Source: Bugula neritina (taxonomy: Eukaryota; Animalia; Bryozoa). Taken from it: 64,000 bases of DNA. This document shows positions 42,301 through 54,300 of this stretch, in pieces. Under the pieces are notes generated by a model, which did no database searches, was not told where the DNA came from, and saw nothing but the letters and a program-made list of their open reading frames with translations. A program made the position numbers and the translations under genes. Every line of letters begins with the position of its first letter. Within the stretch, counting starts at the first letter, position 1. The DNA lies in assembly GCA_964035545.1 (NCBI GenBank), contig OZ037768.1, positions 16,847,875-16,911,874 on the forward strand, given 5' to 3'.

Positions 42301-45300
42301 ATCAAACCAGCCAATAGTAATATCAGAAAGCTGTAGAATCTAGCAAAAGGTATGTTACGCATTAGCCAGCATTTATAGGCTGTTGTCTTATTCCCGTGTC
42401 TTTCTTTGTTTTATGCTCCATCTTCTTCTGTGACCATATGGTTGCTCTCTTTTAGTATTTTTTAACTGGAGTTCTGTCTAGTCTACAAAATGGCTCAGCG
42501 CCACTTCGACTCCACGTTGGCATGAGTGGCTCAAACCAGTCTCTAACTGTCATCTTTGACTCGGGTGAAACGCTTGAACACAGTGAAATGAAAAATGCTT
42601 CCATACTGTCTCTTCCCACAGCTGGAAAAGGGTGTGGCTTTTTCATCAACCCACATTTTGCTGGTAATGCCACAACTGCCAGTTTTGTTCAGTTTGGTGA
42701 CTGCCTCACACCAAGACCGTTTATATGTACAAGGAAGGTGTCTACACAGGCAATAAGTAAGTAGGTGTACTAATGCACTCTATCCTGCTCACATTGGCTA
42801 CTAAAACTTAGCTAGTAGATGCCACTGACACTACCAAAGAGTTGAGATTTTATGTCAAAGGATCCAGCATTTCAGGAAACAGATGTTAAGCCCTTGATAA
42901 ATTAAGTGTTGCCAATGTCTGAATTTGGATCCTTGCTTGCTGAATAACAAGCGTTGGCATGTCTAATGCTAGATAAAAATAATTGCAACCCATTGTTTTG
43001 TTTAAAACTTGGAATTAGGAATTGTCAATAGAGTTTAAGTTCTAGGTCTATCATGTGACTCTGCTTGGTGCACGCAAGAAAACCTAAAATAGTTTATCTT
43101 TTCAAGCAACCTTACAACTGAAAGTCTTAGTATTGCCAGCTTTAGGCATTTACCTTGACATTTTTTAAAACGAAACTCAAGTTTAATAATGTATATACGT
43201 TTCTTTAACTGATGAATGCGTGATTTATTTCAGGATCTACAGGTCATAGAATTACTGTAGTTCGAAACGGATACGATCTGTTTTGTAATATCTCTGGTCT
43301 TAAAAATGTTTCCGGCAAGATTGCATGGAGAAAAGATTATCAGTATTTCCCTCACCAGCCATTATCACCTAATATTTCTCTTATCTCTGATGTGTTCAAG
43401 CTTATGATTGGAGTATACTCCAATAGGTAAATATTTTAGTCAACTAGCAATCATATGCTTTGCCTCATGTTTTTTGTAGGCAACTATATATGAAGTCATG
43501 CATTTTGATGGCATGCATTCATTCTAAAGAACAATGTATATTCAAAAAATACGTAGTCTTAGTATCAAGTCTTTTCCGTGCAATTGTTGTCTACTTCAAA
43601 TGTCTATTCTGTTTATTATATAATTATAAAGCCTTTTGAACGATTCTGCACTGAGTTAAAAACTCAAACTTTGTAACAGAACTTATATGAAGACCTCAAA
43701 GGAAAAATGGCATATGTCCAATTTTGCGAATTTTCACAAATTGAAAATTAAAGTTTGGAAACTTGCAACTGCTATCGATATGAATTATAATTGATTATAA
43801 TTATACACTATAACTTTTTACTAATTCATACATTGTTAACTTGCAGTGCAAAAAATATATATAAGTCACGTAATGTATAGTCAATTCCAATGAAAAGATA
43901 ACAGTAGTTGATCTAAACTGCTAATAATATAAAACATTCACCAATCGTGATGACTGAAAAAAACTTATTGACGAATCCGGTAATTGTTACCAGCTGCGTA
44001 GCAGGCATACTTATAATGTGTCAAGTGTAAAGTGTCGCTACCACCTGCACATAAACTCAGGTGCAACAGAGTACTTAGAAAGAAAGCTTTGCTCTTTTTG
44101 TAGAACTGTGGGACATGCAGAACTGGCAGGCATCTACATGTGTGAATTCTGGCCAACATTGACAGATGAAAAGTACAGCTCCATTGGCTTATCTGTCACA
44201 TTCAATGGTTCGTATAGGCTGTGTCTATTTAACCTGCCTTTAGCTGAACCCATTTTCATGCACTTGTTCTTTGTTCCATACCACTGATAATCTAAGTGCT
44301 GTTTAGTTGTGTGAACACCCACACAGTCCAAAATAACTCATAATAAAACAAGCAAAGTAACGGTCAATTCTCATTCAGAGAATGCTTTTGCCAACCTGGT
44401 TTGATAAATTGTGAAATTGATTTGGTGCCCACTCCAATATCTTAGAGCTACTCTGAACTCTGATTTGAAACAAGTATACAATTTTTGAAATTGACATCTC
44501 GACTTTATGTTGGTAAAATATATAACGGTAAAATTCAATTCACTATAAGACAAAATATTTCACTTGTAGATACGACAAGCTTACGGATATCCACTCAGCT
44601 TCCTCAAACGAGTTGGATTACAGAATATCAGGCTTTCAACCACCGAGTCAGTCACAAAGATGAGTTAACTCCTGGAGTGCAGCGTATTCATGACTCGTTG
44701 TTGAGAAAGGTGGAGACAACACTCTCTCCTCTAACGCCAGAGAATATGCAGTTTGGTATTAATCTCATTGAGTTAAGGTAAATCTATGGCCTATTTATAA
44801 AGATAAATATAACTTATACTAGCCAGTAAAATAAAGGTTTGAGCATGATTGAGTGATTTTAAAAATTGTCCTTGTGAATAGTTGCCATGGCTGAAAGTTT
44901 TATAAAATATGAATTTATGCATACCAATAAATATACTAATAATAATAAGTTATTAAATTATAAACTGTGCCAATTAGATGTCAATTTTGAGAAAAATAAT
45001 TGAAAAAGTTTTTAAATACCAAATATATATAAATTTAGGTTCAGCACTGCAGTGGTGATGTAAAGCATATTACATAGTGTAATACATACACGTTTCAGCA
45101 ATTATATTATGCTAGAAGAGATTAATTGGTGCCCATGCTCTCACTACATGTAGGTTTTCAAAAATGAGTTTATGAAACCTAAACACATGATTTTACATGA
45201 CACATTTTGTTGAATATTAAACACATTTATTATATAAACTATGTTGCCCAATCATAATAGTACATAATAGTTCACAGGACAATTTTGAGTTTTGAATTAT

Positions 45301-48300
45301 TTATTTGTTCAAGTATGTTCAAGAATGTAACTTTGTCTTTAAAATAATGAACTTACCAATAAATTATGTTTTAAATAGTGCATTAACTTTCTATAAAAAT
45401 ATAAGAAAGTTATGAATAGTATTTAAAGAAAGTTTTGTTATGAAGTGGTAATATGAGTGTTTGTAATTTAACCTTCAATGCTGTCTTTTCAAATCAAAGT
45501 TATATGCTATAGCTCTTGACATTTTCTCACACATGAGGTTTGCTTCCCTCATTAATTTACTCTCTTAGAATAGTTTTACTGCAAGTGCAATGATCTGTCA
45601 TACATTGTGTTTCCATGACTTCGCATTATACAAATATATGCGGCTACGAATGAATTTGTAGTTGCGGCTTGCATGAACCTATAATTTTGGTTTCATTTAA
45701 TGCAACTGTTTCTAAACATCGCATGAAACATTTATCACATAATGCAAAACTTTGAAATGTAGTTATTTGCTTGTAGTATTTGTTTTCACTAACAGAATTT
45801 ACTTCATTCAAATGATTTTCATTACAGGCCAACTACAGACCGCAACGTAGAGGCGGAGTATAGAATCACTCTGACTGGAGAGCAGATAACTCAGTCTAGC
45901 AACAACAGCTATCTAGAGACGGTCCTACAAACATTGAATGGTTCAGACCTAATCAGTTCTACTTCTCGATCTTCTGGTTTGGCCGCAACAGAGTCCAGTG
46001 CTTCTGAATCCGTTCAAGGGCAATGTACGTATCAGCAGCGAGTTATATGACCATACTTAGATGCCTTGGGTTCAGAGTATATTCTAGACACAAGCTATAA
46101 GAACATTTGAAACATAGCCTATTACCTGGTATGATGTTACAGAGTGAGTGCTGCATTCTGTGGTAAAGCTACGGCTTGAGCAGTTTATTTCAGGAAGAAA
46201 GCTCATGTAAAATATTTGTGTTACATGGTGTGGATTTGATATATTTGTCAAACATTCCAATTCCCTTATTGCCAAACTCGTTCAGTCACATGACACTGAT
46301 TATTCAGCGGTAAATTTTTCTGATTTATGAAACGTGTTACTTTATTACTCTTTCATTTTGGCTTGTTTGGTAAACTTTTGAAATTATTAATACCGATATA
46401 ATGTCCTGAAGCAAGCATTGAGTGGGCAATGCCAAATAGTCTTAGCAATAAATCACAATGCATCAAAGTATAATGGGTGTTTAATTAAAATTTTATGATC
46501 TGTTGGGCTTAAAATAAGTTTTTCACACTTGTAAGTAAATAGTTGTTTAGGAAGTTTTAAAAATTAGTCATGCAGAAAAAATTACTTGAAAAAGCAGTTG
46601 TAACTGCTATCCAGTGCCAGAAACGCCTGTGTTATGGCATTGTAGTTAATTTTTGTGAGAATTTGACAGATGATTATTCATTTCTTGCTAGCTTTATGAT
46701 AAAACTCAGTATGAAAAGGTAGCCATGCTTGCCATAGGTTTACTATACTAACATAGGCACTTGCTTCTATTTAGTGTGTTATAACATAATTCCAATTGCT
46801 TAGACTAATTTTAAATGGCAATAAACAAAATATTCTTTCGCTTCATTTTATCCACTAAAGTTGAGCATGAGTAGCAAAAGTTATTTTAAGGCGACCCAAA
46901 TGACACCAAAATGAAGGCAGTTTTTAATAGTTGGGAGTGACACAGAAAAACAAAGTAACTATTTGCACTTATTTTGTTAATTTGTTGTTCTGTTGTTTTG
47001 TAGTTGTGTGTTTGCAAAAGGAGTTTATCCACCCTGGTACTAAAGAACCACTATCTCTACCTCTGACAAGAAGTGGAATAACCGAAGACATATATGGTGA
47101 CTGTAAAGGTGAAAGAATCGTCATGCTAACAGCCACATGCTTCTATAACAGAACCAGTAGACTTTCTTCATGGACTGCCCTTAGATTTACAAAATGTTCA
47201 GTCGACTGTCTAGCAAAGGTTTCGACTCATTCAGTGTCCAGGCAATCCTTTACCCTTCCAACTGCATTAAATGGGCAAAACTATACACACCGTGGTGAGT
47301 GTGGTCACCATGAGCAAGATATGGTTTTCGCCATGTGTAATGATGGTGAGTGGATACTGCAAGAGTTGAATTGTACCATAACTTGTTTGGCTGGTCAAAT
47401 TAATCATCCACAATGGTCGGAATCCTTGCCCCCTGGGGAGATACCTGTTGGTAGCCTATACCCGTTCCAGCTCTTATGTAATGGAGTCAATAGAACAGTG
47501 CTCACTGCAGATTGTGCTCTAAACCCAGATGGCACAAAAGGTATATGGCTCAACCTAAACAAGGAAGACTGTTCAGCATCTTGTAATAGTACCACATGGT
47601 TCCATCCCAATACCCAACTACACTACACCATTAATTCTACTGCATTAGGAGAACAATCTATTGTAAGTGGAAGATGTGGTGGGAAAGTACAAACACTGCT
47701 AATAGCCAACTGTACAGGAGATGTATTTGAAGGTGCCTACTGGACATATAGTGCTCTTAACTGCTCTCCATCTTGTGAGGCAAAAAACTCGATTCATCCT
47801 GACACAGAAGCAAGCATTATAATTCCTTCCCGCTTTTATGGTGAAATAGCAAATGTGATTGGCATTTGCAATGGAGTTGAAACTGAACTGGTCTCAGCTG
47901 TCTGCGGTGGTAATATAACAGAAATACCCTATTGGTTGAATGTAACGTATCAAAACTGTACAGGTTATTGTGGAGAAGTCAATGTCACACATGCTGATGG
48001 AGAGCAGTACCTTATACAAAGAGCAGCAATAGGTCAACAAGTGCAGATAAACAGCTCTTGTGCTCTCGTGCCATTCGTGAAGCTCTCAGCCATGTGCACA
48101 GGAAGTGCAATAAATGGCGGCACTTGGAGTTACAGCACCTACAGGTTTGAATTACTCTGACATTTCAAGAACTTGCCAAAAGTTGCATGCGGTAATTTTA
48201 ACTAACACTATATGCTAACACATGTTTTTGTAAATGAAAATAGTAACAAATGTGGGTAGTCTTAAATTAGGAAATGAGGATAAGTTGTTGTATATTGTTA

Positions 48301-51300
48301 TTATTGCAACTATTTTAGCTGTGATAAAGACACAACTTGTCCAGCCCAACATTTTGTACACCCTGATACCAAAACCAAGCTAGTTGTCAACAAGACTTTG
48401 CCAGGTGAAAACATCAGTGTTTATGGAAAGTGCCAAGGCCAACCAGCAGTACTCATGACTGTAGCGTGCCAAGCAGTAAAGAATGGTGCTGGGAAATGGG
48501 TGAACGAATCATACTTGGCTTGTAACACAGATCTGACGGAGCAACTTACTAATCTACTAGAGGTCTGTGGCTAGCTGCAAAGGCTGAGACTGTTTATTCT
48601 TTCTATTAGAAAATTTGTTGCCATTTCATTTCACTTAAAATGAGACACATTGGGTTGCAATCTATATTAGTATACCATTTATAATGTCCATAGAAATGAT
48701 ATTGCATTGAAACACGTCATGAAATTATCAACATTTTCTTAAAGTCTACAGCACTAAAAGTTTTTGTATTGTAACTAATAACCACTTTTGGCAAAACATT
48801 TTGTTGTCTTTAAATAGCTTTTTGAAAAAAGTTGGCGAGTTTGGGTATTCATTATATTACTCCCTAATGTATTCGATAAATTTAGAACTGAATGAAAGGA
48901 GGCTTTGACGTAAAACAGCTTACTTTAGTTTATCTAATGTACCAGCATGTGTCAGATAAGCTATTTATCTTTTATCAGTTTTTATATACTTGAAAAGTTT
49001 TCTATAGAAAATGTAGCATCTTGACTTCTGGCTCAGTTATGTTTACACTCTACATAGCCATCCGGTTTTCTTGAGTTCATTTACTGTTTGAGGTCAAGAG
49101 ATGGTACTTCAATCTGCATCAAAAGAAAACAAATGACTGGCTAAACCACGATTTTAAGTGCCTATACAAATGTTTTAAAAACACCGTTTGTTACAAGCAG
49201 ATAATAGATTATATTTTGGTAATATCTGCATTAAAAAAAGTTGCATTGTCATCTGCAACCTATTTTAGAATTTCAAGAATGAGCCTCTAAAACTGACATC
49301 CTTAGCAGCTAATATGTCTGCAAACTTGTCCAACTCCTCCTCCGAAGAAGTCATATCGTTGATGGTAGACATTGTGGAGTTTGTAGCCAGTCCCAACATT
49401 ACCAAGTCTGTAGAGACTGAAGGAGAATTCTTCTTCAATATTGTCAGCAATATGTTGGATACAGACATTGGCAGCAATACAGTAGAAAACCAAACGGCCT
49501 CGTCAGCTGCAAGGTTTGTACTATTTGCCAGATTCTATCAACCTATATTATCTGTTTCCTATAAACCTCCGAACCATAAAACATTCAAATTTTCAAGTTA
49601 TTATTCATCATGTTGATGATTAAAAGAGTTCATATTTTGAATTCTTATCATAACTGCAATAGTTTCAATGTTTTATAAGCTACTAATACATATTATGTAC
49701 ATCTGAATTTTAAGGCTGAATTGAATTTGGTCCCCTTTTGTTTTGAAACTTTCTATAGCTACCGGTTTTTGTTTGTAGCGCATTTATCATATTTTATAGG
49801 AAAAGAAACAATGTTAGTTACAGTTTTTTATTGGTAGTGTTAAAAGTTATCAATCATTGTCTACAAATACTTGTGTAGGATATTGTTTTTCATTATAATA
49901 TATTATCCTTTTATATGACGTGCAATGCTACCTCTTCAATAGAAGTTATTTGATTGACATGGTAAAAAGCTGTAGTGTTATTCATAATCTAATGATGTCA
50001 GATTACTATTTTAATTCATGATTTTGTCATCATAAAGTTGGCATATTCTTTTTATAACAATTTACCTTCATAAAGTGTTATAACTTTATATACAGTAACA
50101 TTCCTACCACCTGCCTTCATCTTGCATGTTTTACCCTCTCAAATATGGTATTGCATTGTTGTTGGAAAAGTACTTACATGATGTGCAATTGTTCTAAATA
50201 TATAGATGTAATTTTGTGGTTTATCTATTGATTAAGTACTACCTAAGTTGATCTGTTGGCCTTAACATAATTATATAACATGTACAGCTATATAACTCAT
50301 AGGTTTATGCTTATTCACTAGTTATATTGTTTTATGGAACAATTTACTGTTATTACACAATATTACACAAAATACTTAAAGTCGAGTTGTAAAATATTTT
50401 ACTTGCAGACTTTTGAGAGAGTAGCAAAAGTAAAGTAGCAAAACTAATTAAAAGTAGCAAAACTTAACTCAACTTTACTGTAAAGTTAAGTTAATATAGT
50501 ATTGCCTAAGAAACTAATAGCATTTTATTCTATGAAAAAATTTCAAGACTGTAAACTATCACACAGACACTATCAAATTTTTTGGATATGTAAATAAAAT
50601 CAAGTTTAGGCTTTGCATCTGCACATATATTCAAATCTAAAGCCTGCATATACATAAAATTGAGCTCTGTGTTGCGTGCATATGTCCGTGTGTCCATGTG
50701 TCCGTGTGTGTGTGTGTGCCTGCGTGTGTGACTGTGTGTGTAAACTCTAGAGTGACAAACATTTTGTACTTGACTGTTAGTAGAGCTGTACACCACCATC
50801 TTTAGCCTATCTTGGCTTTTGCATATGAACTATTTTAAAACCCTTTTTTCCTTTAGGTTGGCTAAATCTGTTGAAGAATTCCTTGACTCAGCTGACCTCA
50901 CAAAACCTCACATTCAGCTCCAACAACCCAATCTACTAGTAGAGGTCTGTACAGGCTAGAACTTAGTCTAAGATGCTTTGTAAATGATTTATCTATGTCT
51001 AGTATAGTTAGTATGACTATAGTATAGTTTAAGGGTGGGCAACTTCTTTTACATGAAGGCCAAATTCAAGAGTCAACCAAAACAAAGGGCTACATTATCG
51101 TAACCGTATTAAATTTTATTACAATAAATTAATTTGTCACCAAACTTATACTGCGCTAATTAGAATGCATATAACAGTTTTTACTTATCTTAAGTTTATT
51201 AAAAAGGTCACTAAAATGGGCAAAGAGTCACAGGTGGCCCTGGGGCTTCTAGTTGCCCACCCCTGGTATATAGTTAGTATGACTAGTATAGTTAGTATAG

Positions 51301-54300
51301 GACTAGTTTGGCTAGTATAATTAAAGTGGTTAATTGCCTGAACTCAGAACATTGCTTGCTGCTTATGAATGTTTATAATTTATTTCTTGTTTGGGAAAAT
51401 ATGAACTGCAGTTCTACACAATACTAAGAGCTTTCTTACTAGCTAACATTTAATATATTTTACATAGAAATCAAATACCATATAAAACTTAATAGACTTT
51501 TTCAAGAACTGCGTAGTGTTTTGCTATTTCTAGGTGCAGAACACTTCTGCTGTGGGCAAAGGAAAAACATCATCAGTCTCCACAGACAACTTACAGATAT
51601 CTGTACCACAGTCTGCAACTAATGGTAATATTTCATCATATTGTTGGTTACTGTTTGCTTCTATACCTGGATACAAGATTTATCTTGAATAATGTTGACA
51701 TGTTGACATGGATATAATAGGATATAGAAACAGACTAGTTTGAATGTTGACTAATGATTAATTGTACTATAATCATTCATTATCCTGACATTGATACCTG
51801 AATCATAGAAACACACCCAAGCTACTTCAAATGTATACGGAGCTGTAGTTGTGTAACAGATGTTGTTAATTTTGAAGAGGTCGTTTATCTCACAATGTGT
51901 GGATGTAACTTTTCTTAGTCCTTCTATAAAGATCTTGTCACAAGGAGTAGATTTCTGCGCAGGCTGCTAGTTCCTTTTGCAGTCTACTGCATATCAAAAG
52001 ACATAGCTGCAGTTAAACTTTGAAAGTTGTATCTAATTCCCCAATTCCAAACACTGTTTTGCAGTGTCACTGTTTCAATCTTGTACTTACTGTCTATTTC
52101 TTCTTGTTACTAAGTCATCCTGTTTGAAGTAGACTGTTTGAACAATTGTTAGTGTGAAACTTATGTTTGAGATTCTCACAATTTGATTAATGATTTAGTG
52201 GCAACTTCTCTTGAAACATATTTTTTGTTAAGACTCAGGCTGGAGAACTTGCACCATTTTTAATTTTTCAAAAACATATTGGCTAAAATTTAGTGTTTAG
52301 CTATAAGATACAGGAGCAACCTAATTTATTAATAATTGCCATGACTATATTATTATGCTCCAGTTTGTAAATTTAACAATACATTCTATAGCAAATAACT
52401 GTTTCAACCTTTGTAGAACATTCATTGTCATTAGCTGTCCAACAACAATTATTTTCTTTGTTTTTTTAGGCTCCAACCTTGCTTTTGTGAAATACTTAAA
52501 CCCTGTAATGTTTTCTGGATCAAGTGAGGTTTTGTTAAATACTGTGTTCAGTGTTTCAGCTACAGAAACGGTAGTAAAGAATCTTACAGGAGCTATAACT
52601 TTCACTTTAAATGTATGTATATCCTATGTAATATGCATTCAGCTGCGTTAAAATGATTAAAAATAATCTGCAACTCCATATTATAACTTTTTTTAGGGCA
52701 TATAGAACTTGTTTTGATAGTTTTTTTAATAATCTAATAGAGATGTACACAGTGCTACACTAGCTAAAAGCTGCATGACCTATCAACTCTACTTCTGGTT
52801 TGAAAAATAGATTGAAGCTGCAAATGATATTAAAAACAGCTTTCATTTTTACTGTTAGCTGGAAGTTCAATAATAAATGATGATTTAATGCAAGTTAATG
52901 TTACTTAGGTACAACTATTAAAAACATGATGACATGATGAAATAATATTTCAATTGCAAAACTTGTACGATTTCACTTTTCAGTTTTTGTTTAGCTCGAT
53001 GTGATATACTGTCAAATTGTGTACATGCCAGCTTCACAATCCTTCAGCAGTGAAACAAGCTTTTACTTTGAATTTAGATCAATCAAGCTAACAGTTCACC
53101 AAATTCGATTGTGTGCTCTTACTGGAACTTCTCGACATCTGATTGGTCAACTGATGGCTGTAGTCTAGACAGTTATGACAACACGTCAGCAACATGCACC
53201 TGCAACCACTTTACCAACTTTGCAATTCTCCTGGTAAGGATATCAGATTAATGCTACCATGTTTGAAAAAACTCACCTTTAGATTATTTTAATAATAAGG
53301 ACACAAATCATTTCTGAACTTCAGTGTAAGGTTTACGGTAGTTGCACTATAAATGTATATGCAAATATGTGTTGAGCTTTGGCGCTTGATGATGTATAAA
53401 CTGCAATCACCTTTACTAAATTTGGTAAATGTTTGTAGTGTTAATGGCTAGTTGTCCTTTGGTAAAAACATGTGGGCAAACAACTTCTTAGTAGTTTTTG
53501 TTTTTTTGTGTAATATATATAGCAATTTGAACTCACACTTGCTTTCAGTCTTTAGCTTGTTTTTTTTTTCAAATAACTATTCTTTAAACAGGATGTTGCT
53601 GGACAAGAAGATTACATTGATGAAAAGCACCACATAGCATTGTCTGTCATTACAACCGTGGGGCTTGGCATTTCCATCGTAGCTCTCAGCTTGCATCTGA
53701 TATCCTTTATGTTCATCAGGTAAGCATGTATAAGTTTTATTTCCATTAGTTAATTAGAGTAATTTAAGGACAACTCCTAAAATAAAACAAATGTTGAAAA
53801 ATACATTAAACAGTCAAGAGGAAAGCATGTTTTGTTTCTCCACCTTCTGGAAAATTTTACTCATACAATTTGAAATTTCCCAATGATAAATCATAAGTGC
53901 CATAAGTAACGGTATACTAGTGTGTGCCAGAACCATTTTTATAGTCATACAACGTAAATCCAGCAACCTTGGCATCTAATAATACTTTAAATTTTGTGGA
54001 AGTCACTAACCTAGGCAACATGGCAAATTTGTTAATATATTTACATGATTTTTTAAAGTATAGTGTTTTGGAAAGCTTTCAAATTGAAATAACTTTAAAT
54101 GTTTCAATAATGCTAAATTTTACACGTTCCTATGATTTTTTGTCTCGAAAAATCATTTCATCACAAAAGTTATGCTTTATTAATGGTAATAAAATTAATT
54201 TGTTGCCAGAAAAATTGATTGTATGGGCTTTTAATTTTAAACCAAACAATTCTTGTCAATATTATGTTTGCCAACGTAAGTAGTTGGTGCTTTAAAATAT

